Shown piece after piece: positions 38,144 to 47,331 of a stretch of 64,000 nucleotides of DNA (within the stretch, counting starts at the first letter, position 1; each line of letters opens with the position of its first letter). The position numbers were made by a program, and so were the translations under genes. The DNA comes from Treponemataceae bacterium (GTDB lineage: Bacteria; Spirochaetota; Spirochaetia; Treponematales; Rectinemataceae), in the NCBI GenBank assembly GCA_963677895.2, contig CAXXGJ010000038.1, positions 373,512 to 437,511 on the forward strand, in the 5' to 3' direction. Under the pieces are notes generated by a model. The model worked only from the letters and a program-made list of their open reading frames with translations. It ran no database searches and was not told the origin of the DNA.

Positions 38144-39527
38144 ATGGCCCGGGAAAGCGACAACCCGCTGTTCGCCGCGCCTCAGGGCTCGCCCAAGGGC
38201 GGCGGCGGGGCGGCAGCCCGGGAAGGGCTCCGCGGCGGCCCGGGAACCGCGTTCCCGGGCCGCGAACCCCTCGCCTCCCGGATGCGTCCACGCACCCTCG
38301 ACGAGTTCACAGGTCAAGAACACATCGTAGGCCCGGGAAGACTCCTCAGACGGGCCATCCAGAAGGACCAGCTTTCCTCGATCATTCTCTCAGGCCCTCC
38401 GGGCACCGGAAAAACCACGCTCGCCCGCATCATCGCCAACACCACCCGAAGCGACTTCATCGCCCTCAACGCCGTCCTCTCGGGCGTCGCCGAACTCAGG
38501 GAGTCCATCGAAAGGGCGCGCCGCCACTACGAACTCTATTCGCTGCGCACCATCCTCTTCGTCGACGAAGTCCACCGCTGGAACAAGAGCCAGCAGGACG
38601 CACTCCTTCCCTGGGTCGAGAATGGCACCGTCGTCCTCATCGGCGCCACGACGGAGAACCCCTTCTTCGAGGTGAACCGCGCCCTCGTCTCGCGTTCCCG
38701 CGTCTTCCTCCTTCGAACGCTCACCGACGAGGACCTGGCGCGCATAGCCCAGATGACCCTCGGCGACAGGGAACGCGGCTACGGGGATTATGCCGTCGAT
38801 TTCGAGGAAGGCGCCCTCGAGCACCTCATCCACACGGCGGACGGCGACGCGCGCAGCCTCCTCAACGCCCTCGAGCTCGCCATAGAGACTTCGGTGGACC
38901 GCTGGCCGCCCGAGGCGGGCACGAGCATAAAGGTGAGCCTCGAAACCTCGGAAGAAAGCATCCAGAAACGCGTCGTCCTCTACGACAAGGACGGCGACTA
39001 CCACTACGACGCGATAAGCGCCTTCATCAAGAGCCTCAGAGGCTCTGACCCCGACGCCGCCCTCTATTGGCTCGCGCGCATGGTCTACGCCGGCGAAGAT
39101 CCTTCCTTCATTTTTCGTCAGTATGTTCATATCCGCGGCTGAGGACATAGGTCTAGCCGACCCCAACGCGCTTCAGGTCGTATCTTCCTGCGCGCAGGCC
39201 TTCGACCGCATCGGCATGCCCGAAGGTCAGTATCACCTGAGCCTCGCCGCCCTCTACCTCGCCACCTGCCCGAAATCCAATTCGACGATGGGCTATTTCG
39301 ACGCGCTGAAGGCCGTCGAGGAGGAAGGCGCCGAAGTGCCCGACCATCTCAAGGACGCCAACAGGGATTCCGTCGGATTCGGCCATGGCGAAGGCTACAA
39401 GTATCCCCACGCCTACAAAGACCATTGGGTCGCCCAACAGTATCTGCCCGAATCGCTGAAACGCAGCGTCTTCTATTTCCCCGGCTCCACGGGATTCGAG
39501 GGTACGCGCAGGATCCGATGTCCTTGA
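38144..39527 (+). pseudogene. rarA: replication-associated recombination protein A (RarA/MgsA), frame interrupted near 39115
   Basis: Walker A is LSGPPGTGKTTLARI, with [22 protein letters not shown] and ALYWLARMVYAGEDPSFIFR. The protein then continues in another frame as MFISAAEDIGLADPNALQV...GYKYPH. This may be an assembly error. Confidence 0.85.
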
Positions 39528-39564
39528 GCGGAGGGAAGCCCAGCTCTCCCTTATCGAGGAAGAC

Positions 39565-40514
39565 ATGGAGGATGGCCGTGCGTTCAGGCCAAACCGGGGC
39601 TTTCCGTCTGGTCCAAGGAAGGTGAGCGGCGGAAGAAATGGGTATCCAGGGCCGAGGGAGCCGCTTCGCTCAGGCTCCGCCTCGCCCGCGCCTTCCTCTT
39701 CGACGCCATCGCCTGCGGCAGATCCGAAACCATCCTCGTCCTGGATCCCAGAAAGGGGTTCTACGCCCTCGAAGCCGCCAGGCGCGCACCTGAGGGAACG
39801 GTGGCCGTCCTCGTGGAAAACGAGGAAGCCCGGACCCAGCTCGAGCGGCTCACCGCGGACATCCCCGAACTCCTGCGCCCCATAGCCGTCACGCCCGCGC
39901 CTTCCGCCCCAGCCCCCCGCTGGCTGGAGGAGGGATTCGGATTCGCGGCCTTCGACAGAATACTTATCTGCGAGCCTCTCGGCCGCCACGATCCTTCCTT
40001 CGATTATTGGGCATACGTCGAATCGGCCCTCGCCGCTTCCACGACCGCCCTCGCCGCCACAGCCTCTCCCGCCCCTGGCATCGTCTTTTTCGACATTCTG
40101 GGCGGACGGTCCAGCAATCTTTCCGAGATGCTGAGGTTGAATGTCCAGGACCCCGACCCGAAAATCAGGGTACTCATCGACGCGCTGGAAGCCTTCGAAA
40201 AGAAACGCGGAGGCGGACCGAGCCTTGCCGCGGACGCGATCCGCCAGGATGAGGAAAAGGCGGGGAAGATTTTCTCAAGCCATCTGAAAAAAGCGGGAAT
40301 ATCGAAGAAACCGGCCATGCGCGTTGAGCGCCTGACCTACGACCGCTACCTGACGGCGGCGGAAATCGAGACCTGGCTGTCCACGGAAAGCGACTACGGC
40401 GCCGCGCTGCGCGCGGATCTCGGCGCGGAAGCGCTGGCCAACCTCAAAGAGCTGCTCGGAAAAAAGATCGGAATGGTACGCTGGCCGCTCTTTTTGTCCC
40501 TGGCTACAGTCTGA
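39565..40514 (+). CDS. hypothetical protein with class-I-methyltransferase-like strand pattern; 5' end unresolved (probable frameshift)
   Basis: The body frame is open from 39528 but has no start codon before the GTG at 39801. The upstream in-frame part reads ILVLDPRKGFYALEAARR...VAVLVENEE...FDRILICEPL. The ATG at 39565 with GAGGA is in a different frame. Confidence 0.4.
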
Positions 40515-40538
40515 ACATTGGCTTAAGCCGTAAACAGC

Positions 40539-41030
40539 TCAAATTAATAGGTCATTCAAACAAATAATTTTACTGCCTTTACTTTCATAATAACGCAGCA
40601 TTTCGTCAATTTTCCTTTTATCATAACTGGTAACGCAATCTGACAGGACATTAACGCGATAATTTGCTTTGCATAAGTTGTAGCAGGTCGATTTAACGCA
40701 TGCGACAGCATCCGCTCCTGCTATGTAGAAATCACCTATTTCATTTTTACTTATAAAGTCCGCAAATTCTTCACAGCTTAACGCGTTTCCTTTGTATTTC
40801 GTAAAAACATTATTGGATGCAATTTTCAAGTCTGAAGCTAATTCCGACCCATGTGTATTGGGCTTAAAAGTCCTCGTGCCGGCTGATAAATTTTCATGCC
40901 TTATATAAATAATATGAGTATTATCATTGACTGCCCAATCAATGGCTTTATTGATATTGCCAATGACATCCTTGTAATTCTTTGTTATGTCATTTTGAAT
41001 ATCGATTATTACTAAGGCTTTTTTCTGCAT
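40539..41030 (-). CDS. isochorismatase-family cysteine hydrolase
   Basis: The catalytic Asp context ALVIIDIQND, the Lys in FTKYKGNA and the Cys in YIAGADAVACVKST are all present. The ATG at 41030 is preceded by AGGAGG. The protein is 163 aa. Confidence 0.85.
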   Translation of the reverse strand: MQKKALVIIDIQNDITKNYKDVIGNINKAIDWAVNDNTHIIYIRHENLSAGTRTFKPNTHGSELASDLKIASNNVFTKYKGNALSCEEFADFISKNEIGDFYIAGADAVACVKSTCYNLCKANYRVNVLSDCVTSYDKRKIDEMLRYYESKGSKIICLNDLLI

Positions 41031-41089
41031 CGTGTTTCCTCCTGATAGGCAGATTGATCTGTTTACTTTGTTATTATACCTGGCAATTG

Positions 41090-41118
41090 TTGACAACAGT
41101 ATGGCAACAATCTATAAA
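41090..41118 (+). promoter_or_regulatory. sigma70-type promoter for the WYL regulator, with overlapping TGTTG-A-CAACA palindrome
   Basis: TTGACA (41090-41095) -17 nt- TATAAA (41113-41118). A TATAAT on the opposite strand serves the hydrolase gene. ACAACA-type motifs are repeated three times. Confidence 0.5.
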
Positions 41119-41150
41119 GACAACAAAATATTTTGATAGGCGGCTATCAA

Positions 41151-42119
41151 ATGAAAATTGACAGGCTTGTCAGCGTTATCATGATACTCCTTGATAAAAA
41201 GCGTATAGGCGCGCAGGAGTTAGCGGATATGTTTGAAGTATCACCCCGCACAATCTACCGCGACATAGACAGTATCAACTTGGCGGGTATTCCTGTTCGC
41301 TCAACGTCGGGACTGGGCGGCGGCTTTGAAATCATGGAGAAATACAAGATTGATAGAAAGGTTTTTTCGACTGCCGACCTTTCCGCTATCTTGATGGGGC
41401 TTTCCAGTCTTTCCAGCATGATACGAGGTGATGAACTGGTAAACGCCCTTGCGAAAGTCAAGAGTTTTGTCCCCGCCGACAGAGCGAAAGACATTGAATT
41501 AAAAGCAAATCAAATATATATAGATTTAAGTCCGTGGATGGGCAACAGGAACATACAACCATACTTGGAAATTATCAAAACAGCTTTACAGGAAAGCAAG
41601 CTGCTTTCGTTTGAATATGCGGACCGCCACGGAAACAAAACCGCACGGACAGCCGAGCCGTATCAGCTTGTATTGAAAGGTAGTCATTGGTATTGGCAAG
41701 GGTATTGCCATAAAAGAAATGATTTTCGCTTATTTAAGCTGTCCCGCATATCAAACCTGCAAATACAAAAGGAATTTTTTACGCCACGAGATTATCAAAA
41801 ACCGCAACTAGATTTTGCTGATATTTTGGCGACTATGCAAACAACAATCAAAATCCGTATTCATAAATCTGTCATGGACAGGGTACTTGATTATTGCGCT
41901 TATGAATACTTTTCGCCAGACGGTGATGAGCATTGGATTGTCAGTTTTCCTTTCATTGAGAACGAATACTACTACAATATTCTTCTCAGTTTTGGGGATA
42001 AATGTGAGTGTCTAGAGCCGCCGCATATCCGCACAGAAATGAAGCGCAGAATCCATGATATTGCTGCCATTTATGAAAGTAAAGAAAAACTGAGGAAGGG
42101 TCTTTCTACTATCGAATAA
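41151..42119 (+). CDS. HTH-WYL domain transcriptional regulator (YafY/BrxR/CapW-like architecture)
   Basis: The N-terminal HTH is AQELADMFEVSPRTIYRDIDSINLAGIPV. The WYL domain is SHWYWQGYCHKRNDFRLFKLSRI. A C-terminal extension completes the 322 aa protein, counted from the ATG at 41151. Confidence 0.85.
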   Translation: MKIDRLVSVIMILLDKKRIGAQELADMFEVSPRTIYRDIDSINLAGIPVRSTSGLGGGFEIMEKYKIDRKVFSTADLSAILMGLSSLSSMIRGDELVNALAKVKSFVPADRAKDIELKANQIYIDLSPWMGNRNIQPYLEIIKTALQESKLLSFEYADRHGNKTARTAEPYQLVLKGSHWYWQGYCHKRNDFRLFKLSRISNLQIQKEFFTPRDYQKPQLDFADILATMQTTIKIRIHKSVMDRVLDYCAYEYFSPDGDEHWIVSFPFIENEYYYNILLSFGDKCECLEPPHIRTEMKRRIHDIAAIYESKEKLRKGLSTIE

Positions 42120-42123
42120 CCGA

Positions 42124-43134
42124 TCAAACCTTCGCCATCGACGAAAGGTCGATATCTTCCAGCATCATGCGCATGAAATCGCGCGAATCCCTCTCGACAA
42201 GCGAGGCCTCGCCGCGCATGAAGGCGGGGAAAAACTCCTTTTCCAGATGCGTCCAGCTCTCATCTTCCTTTTCGGGCATGACGGGATAAAACCGCGCGCC
42301 CACAGCCTGCGCGGCTTGCCACGCGATGCTGGTGGTTCCCACGACGAGGATGGGATCGGTATCGTAGCCATTCTTCAGGGCTGTTCTCAGATAGCCCGCG
42401 AAATCCCCGCGCTCGGCGCCTGCGATCCTCAAAAAGCAGTCGCCCAGACCGGCCATTTCCCACTGATTCAAGGCCACGGCTTCGGGCAGACTGCTGTAGA
42501 CCAGAATCTGCGCTCCGGGCGCAAGGGACTTCAGGGTTTTCAGGAAGCTGGAAGCCGTGGGGAATTCGGGAGCGTAGCCCTCCTCGTCGAGAAGGGAGTC
42601 GGACATGGAAATCCAGTCCAGGATGAGCCGCTCTGGACTGCTTTTGGGCGACGAGGCGAAACCCAGAGGATCCCTTGTCGGGGTCGCGAGGTAGCTGTCC
42701 AGCACCCTGATGACGGCGGCCCTCCGTATGGACGGGGAGCTTCTGTTGAGAAGCCGCAGGGCGGAAAGAAGAATGAGAAGCGGTTCCTGTCCGCGAAGCT
42801 TGGAAGACAGGGCGAGGCGGCGCCAGAGCTCCGAGCATGCCGTGGCGTCGAAGCCCCAGGAAAAACAACCCGCGAAGGCGGGAAGATAGGCTTTTTCATG
42901 GTTCCGGGCAAGGGAATCGAACACCGCGCCTTCCGATTCGACGACGATGAGCGCCTTCTTGGCGAAAAGTCCATGAGCGGGTGCCGGCTTTTCCGAATCC
43001 CCGGCCTTGGTCGAAACCGCGGCCGTGGCGCCAGCCGAAGTCTCGGTCTTGGGGTGGCCGCGCGAAACCGAAGGGCGGGTTCTTTTTCTCGCGGGGCTTC
43101 GCTCCCGGTATATGTTGTCCAGCAGATGAACCAT
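42124..43134 (-). CDS. hypothetical protein, HAD-like fold with degenerate motif I
   Basis: KKALIVVESEGAVFDS occupies the position of the HAD DxDGT motif, reading ESEG instead. The Rossmann-like pattern continues downstream. The start is uncertain (ATG 43134, GTG 43140 or TTG 43161). Confidence 0.45.
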   Translation of the reverse strand: MVHLLDNIYRERSPARKRTRPSVSRGHPKTETSAGATAAVSTKAGDSEKPAPAHGLFAKKALIVVESEGAVFDSLARNHEKAYLPAFAGCFSWGFDATACSELWRRLALSSKLRGQEPLLILLSALRLLNRSSPSIRRAAVIRVLDSYLATPTRDPLGFASSPKSSPERLILDWISMSDSLLDEEGYAPEFPTASSFLKTLKSLAPGAQILVYSSLPEAVALNQWEMAGLGDCFLRIAGAERGDFAGYLRTALKNGYDTDPILVVGTTSIAWQAAQAVGARFYPVMPEKEDESWTHLEKEFFPAFMRGEASLVERDSRDFMRMMLEDIDLSSMAKV

Positions 43135-43249
43135 TCTCACGTGACCACTTCCATGAGCCAAATATCGGCAGTCCGCCCGAGCTACTTGATAGACCGAAAA
43201 AGATTCCCGCCAAAGCCGCCAAACGCCAAATTCACGGCGGGGATTGACG

Positions 43250-44638
43250 ATGCCCTCCCTGAAACATCATGCTTGCCTCATGCCAAGATCGCGCTTCTCC
43301 ACGTCGGACGATGTATTCGAATATCTGATGGGCTATGTCAATGTCGAAAAAGGACAGAAGACGGAGTTCAAGCTGGACAGGATGCTCTTCCTCGCCGCCA
43401 AGCTGGGCAATCCCCATTCGGGAAGACTCACGATCCACGTGGCCGGATCGAAGGGCAAAGGCTCCGTGTCCACCATGTGCGCCAACATCCTCCAGTCGGC
43501 GGGCATGAAAGTCGGTCTCTATACCTCGCCGCACATTCTCAGGTGGAAGGAACGCATAGCCTATCCCGACAGGGAAATATCCGAAGAAGCCTTGATTTCG
43601 GCCATGGAAGAAGTCCTGCCCTTTGTCGAGGACAAAGACCCAAGCTATTTCCCCGGCGACGAAATGCCGACCTATTTCGAACTTACTACCCTCGTGGCTT
43701 TTTGCGCCTTCAGGGCCTTGGGCTGCGACGCTCAGGTCATCGAGACGGGTTTGGGGGGAAGGCTGGATTCCACGAACATAGTCGATCCCGAGGTTTCGGT
43801 GATCACGCCGATAGAACTTGAACACATGCAGTTTTTAGGCGATACGATAGGAAAAATCGCCTTCGAGAAGGCGGGAATAATCAAGCCGGGCAGGCCGGCA
43901 TGCGTCGCGCGCCAAAAAGATGAGGCGCTCCGCGTTTTCGAAGCCGCGGCGGCGGAAAGAGACTGCGAGCTTCTGCGTCTCGGCGCCGACATAGACGCGA
44001 GGGAAATCCGGATCGACCCAGAAGGAACAAGCTGTGTGCTGATGGCTGTAGATGGCTCTAAATCGAGGCTGGCTGCCATCCTCGGCAGCGAAGGTCTGAA
44101 TGTCCACTGCCCCATGATCGGCGCCATACAGGCCCAGAATATGGCGCTGGCGACCCTGGCGGCGGCCACCGCCCTGCCGGGAATCGGCGCGGAGGCCATC
44201 GTCGGCGGGCTGTCCCGCTCCAGGCTTCCCGCTCGCTTCGAACTCGCCCAACTGGCGCCAGCCATCGTGCTGGATGGAGCCCACACTCCCGAATCCATCC
44301 ACCTGACGATGGAGAGCATGGCCTCGCTCTTTCCGGATTCCAGGGTTCTCCTCTTCGCCTGTGCCTATGACAAGCGGCACGCCGAGATGGCGGCCCTTCT
44401 CGCCCCGCATTTCGACGCGATCATCGTGACGAAGCCGGGTACGTTCAAGGTGAGCGATCCTGAGTCGGTGTTCGGCAGCTTCAAGGCTTTGAGGTCCGAC
44501 GCGGCGCTCGAGGAGGACACCGGAACGGCGATAGCCAAGGCGATAGCGGAAGCGAAAACTCGCCAGGCCGCACTGCTCGTCACCGGATCTTTCTATCTCT
44601 GCGCCGAAGTCAAGAATTTCCTTTCTAGAGTAAAGTGA
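43250..44638 (+). CDS. folC: bifunctional folylpolyglutamate synthase / dihydrofolate synthase
   Basis: The P-loop HVAGSKGKGSVSTM and a Mur-ligase-like central and C-terminal domain are present. I prefer the ATG at 43250 to the TTG at 43244. Confidence 0.85.
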   Translation: MPSLKHHACLMPRSRFSTSDDVFEYLMGYVNVEKGQKTEFKLDRMLFLAAKLGNPHSGRLTIHVAGSKGKGSVSTMCANILQSAGMKVGLYTSPHILRWKERIAYPDREISEEALISAMEEVLPFVEDKDPSYFPGDEMPTYFELTTLVAFCAFRALGCDAQVIETGLGGRLDSTNIVDPEVSVITPIELEHMQFLGDTIGKIAFEKAGIIKPGRPACVARQKDEALRVFEAAAAERDCELLRLGADIDAREIRIDPEGTSCVLMAVDGSKSRLAAILGSEGLNVHCPMIGAIQAQNMALATLAAATALPGIGAEAIVGGLSRSRLPARFELAQLAPAIVLDGAHTPESIHLTMESMASLFPDSRVLLFACAYDKRHAEMAALLAPHFDAIIVTKPGTFKVSDPESVFGSFKALRSDAALEEDTGTAIAKAIAEAKTRQAALLVTGSFYLCAEVKNFLSRVK

Positions 44639-46232
44639 GCAGACTCTGGAATACGCCGATGACGGCGCCCAGAATTCCTCCCAGGACGGTTATCCACGTG
44701 AGTTCGTCGTTGACCACCTTGAGGATAATGCGTTCGATGTCAGCCATATCCAGGTCGTTGAGCTTGTCGACGACCATCGTCTGGATATCCAGCGCCTCCA
44801 CGAGCCTTTCGGACTGCGAGGCGAGCGCCTGGGTGACGGCATCGGAAACGATGCGCGCGATGCTGCGCCTTTCCGCTTCACCTAGCGAAAGGACAGCCCC
44901 GATCGTCTTTCCCTCGATTTTTTCAGCGTAGGAAAGCAGAAAATCACCCAGGGACTTGGATAGAAGGTCCGATCCTATCCGCGATCGCGTATCGGCGGCC
45001 GCCCGCGTCGCCGTAAGGCTTTTTTCGACGCTTCCGACCAAGGCCTCCGAGAGTCCCGGGAGCAGTTCGCTCAAGGACTTTTCGGCTATCGAAGCGTAGC
45101 GCCTCTCCACGTTCTCCGCAAAACTCGCCTTCTCGAGTTCCAGCCCCTGAAAGAATAGTTCCAGCGCTCTTTTCAGCTCGGGAATCGGGAAAATGCCCGC
45201 CAGGGGAGCCGACGAATGGGAAAGCCTTGGCGTTCCGAGATAGGCCAGGACGGATCCCACCACCTTGTTCTCCATGTCGGGGCTCCGCAGCAGGCCGATT
45301 ATCGATCCGGACACGTCGCGTATCGTCTCGGGCATCGTGTCGGCAAGGGTTTTCTCGTAGTTCGCCGCCGTCACTATCAGGCGTTGGATCGGCCCCAACC
45401 GGCCGATGATTCTCCGGATCATGTCCACGCCGACATTCTTGAGATCGGCTTTCACGGATTCGCTGTCGAGAATTTTTTCCACGATGGGTAACAGGCTCGC
45501 GTAGAGCGAACGCGTCGCCGCTTCGGCGAGCGGGGAAAGCGTCCGCGGCGAAACGAGCGGACCGGAGGAGGGAGATGATTCCAGGAGCCTGTCCACGAAG
45601 GCTTCTATCATTTTCTTCTTGTCGCGCTCGCCCCACTCGCCCGCGAAGCGTTCAGCCAGACCGCGGACGCGATCGCAGGGCAGGATGCTGCCCAAGGGAA
45701 TTTTACCCGCCTCGGAGATGGTCCTGCCGGCCGCGAACGAGAGCGCTGTCCTGAATTCGACGGATCCGACGATCGAATTGAAGGAAGACGCGACGAGGCT
45801 GCCAGCATCGCTGGAGCCGAAGTTCTTCAAGGCGGGAATCCCCGGACCTTCGGAGGCATCGGAGACATCAGGGGCTTCGGAGCCATCATGCTCGCCCGCC
45901 AGGCTTTTGAGCAAGGCGGAAGCGTCGTGATTCAACGCTTCGTCGATGATGACATAGACGGACTCCTCGATCTTGGTTTTCAGGGCCGGCTCGACGAGCC
46001 TGGTTCTGAAAACCTCGGGCGTGAGCAGTTCGCGGGAAACCGTTTCGCCGACGCTGTCGGCGAGGCGCAAGCGCTCCCTCGGAAGGATACCCGGCGTAAA
46101 GGGAAGCTTGAGTTTGCCTAAATAAATGGGTTTCAACGGCCTGAAAAGCATTTTTATGGCAAGCCAATTGGTGAAATAGCCAATAATCGCCCCGACGAGC
46201 GGCGGCATGATCCAAACTTTGAAAAACTCCAT
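44625..46232 (-). CDS. DUF445-family membrane protein
   Basis: The N-terminus is PPLVGAIIGYFTNWLAIKMLFRP and the C-terminus is a TM helix (WITVLGGILGAVIGVFQSLL). The 3' end overlaps the folC 3' end by 14 nt. Confidence 0.7.
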   Translation of the reverse strand: MEFFKVWIMPPLVGAIIGYFTNWLAIKMLFRPLKPIYLGKLKLPFTPGILPRERLRLADSVGETVSRELLTPEVFRTRLVEPALKTKIEESVYVIIDEALNHDASALLKSLAGEHDGSEAPDVSDASEGPGIPALKNFGSSDAGSLVASSFNSIVGSVEFRTALSFAAGRTISEAGKIPLGSILPCDRVRGLAERFAGEWGERDKKKMIEAFVDRLLESSPSSGPLVSPRTLSPLAEAATRSLYASLLPIVEKILDSESVKADLKNVGVDMIRRIIGRLGPIQRLIVTAANYEKTLADTMPETIRDVSGSIIGLLRSPDMENKVVGSVLAYLGTPRLSHSSAPLAGIFPIPELKRALELFFQGLELEKASFAENVERRYASIAEKSLSELLPGLSEALVGSVEKSLTATRAAADTRSRIGSDLLSKSLGDFLLSYAEKIEGKTIGAVLSLGEAERRSIARIVSDAVTQALASQSERLVEALDIQTMVVDKLNDLDMADIERIILKVVNDELTWITVLGGILGAVIGVFQSLLTLL

Positions 46233-46254
46233 CAGCCTTCCTTGGCCATAAATT

Positions 46255-46680
46255 TTATTGAAGAAGCCCGACGGCTTCGCGAGCCTGTGCCTCGGATGAA
46301 AAGATACTCAGATCGCCGGAATGAATCCATCCGGTCGCGGACCCCTCGCCGAATTTATACCAGAGTCCGCCTGTGTCCTGTCCCGCCGGATCTATTTTAC
46401 GCTCCGTGCAGAGGAAAACGGTTCCCCTTCGGACGACGGATATGTCCTCGGAAGTCGCGTCGGGCAGCTTTTTGGCATGGGCATAGGCTGAAGTGACCGC
46501 CGCCCAGCCCAATCCCGATCCAACCGACGGGTCGGCTGGCAGTTTCATAAAGCGAGAATACCCCTTCGAGCAACCCGACAACGAGGCAATAATCATGAGG
46601 ATCGCGGTAAAAAGAAGGAAAGCGCCGCGCTTTGCACACAACCGGCGTTGGTTATGGTTAATATATATAGTATTGATCAT
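46255..46680 (-). CDS. small lipoprotein with SH3b-like domain
   Basis: The lipobox is IIASLSGC. The C-terminal part RRGTVFLCTER...GLWYKFGEGSATGWIHSGDL resembles bacterial SH3. Confidence 0.55.
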   Translation of the reverse strand: MINTIYINHNQRRLCAKRGAFLLFTAILMIIASLSGCSKGYSRFMKLPADPSVGSGLGWAAVTSAYAHAKKLPDATSEDISVVRRGTVFLCTERKIDPAGQDTGGLWYKFGEGSATGWIHSGDLSIFSSEAQAREAVGLLQ

Positions 46681-46731
46681 TTGTATCTCCAGGTGAATTT
46701 ACACCTTTTAGATGGTAAATAGAAGGTAAAT

Positions 46732-47331
46732 ATGGCGAATAACCGTCGGCATATTTTTGTGCCGGTCATTTTTTTCATCGCGGCGACTTTCATGGCGGCG
46801 TTGCCCATCGCGGCTTCTCCATGGCGAGCGGACCTTTCGGGCGGAGCTCTCTACGCTCCCAGCTATGGCTCAGATGTCGCTCTCCTGTCCGCGTACGGCT
46901 TCGGCATCGGCGGAGGCGTGGAACTGGTCACGAACTATTGGATACCGATACGAGGCGAGCTGGGTGTCTATTCCATCGGCGCTTCGGCCTGGGATCCGAC
47001 ACTCTTCAGATACCGCGCGTTCTGGGGCTACCGGCTCGCGGCGATGACGGGATTGTGGGTTCCCGTCGGTTCGGGGGAGCTGGATTTCCTCGCGGGAGGG
47101 GCCTTCTCCGCCTCCCGATTCACGGGCCTCAGCGTCGTGACCGCCTACGCTTCGCTCGTAGGCGAAGTGCGTTTCCTCCACCCTGTATCCTTTTCCTTCC
47201 TCAAAGGTCGCGAGGTGAACATCTTCGCGACCGTACCGGTGGAATATATGTTCCGCGGCAATGCGCGAACCATAGCGGCGGGGCTTGAAATCGGGGTTGG
47301 ATTTCAGCTGTCCAAGGGAGCTTCCAAATGA
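46732..47331 (+). CDS. secreted small beta-barrel-like protein
   Basis: A signal peptide (FMAALPIAA-SP) precedes Gly/aromatic alternating strands (GELGVYSIGA, FWGYRLAAMTGLWV, AAGLEIGVGFQL). The stop overlaps the next start (ATGA). Confidence 0.5.
   Translation: MANNRRHIFVPVIFFIAATFMAALPIAASPWRADLSGGALYAPSYGSDVALLSAYGFGIGGGVELVTNYWIPIRGELGVYSIGASAWDPTLFRYRAFWGYRLAAMTGLWVPVGSGELDFLAGGAFSASRFTGLSVVTAYASLVGEVRFLHPVSFSFLKGREVNIFATVPVEYMFRGNARTIAAGLEIGVGFQLSKGASK

Larger units (their letters stand above)
40515..42123. other. low-GC two-gene islet, probable horizontal acquisition
   Basis: Hand counts give 17/60 G+C for line 40561-40620 and 23/60 for line 40621-40680. Flanking lines give 31/60 (40441-40500) and 38/60 (42181-42240). 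The islet is wedged exactly between two convergent stop codons (40514 and 42124). Confidence 0.65.

Noticed and set aside
39525-39527. An in-frame TGA between rarA and the open frame downstream. I considered selenocysteine or programmed read-through as explanations.
   Set aside because: Codon third-position bias is poor in that frame for about 60 nt after the TGA. I saw no SECIS-like hairpin immediately downstream. The context (CP-TGA-AEG) resembles no known selenoprotein. An indel or a separate gene start is more parsimonious.
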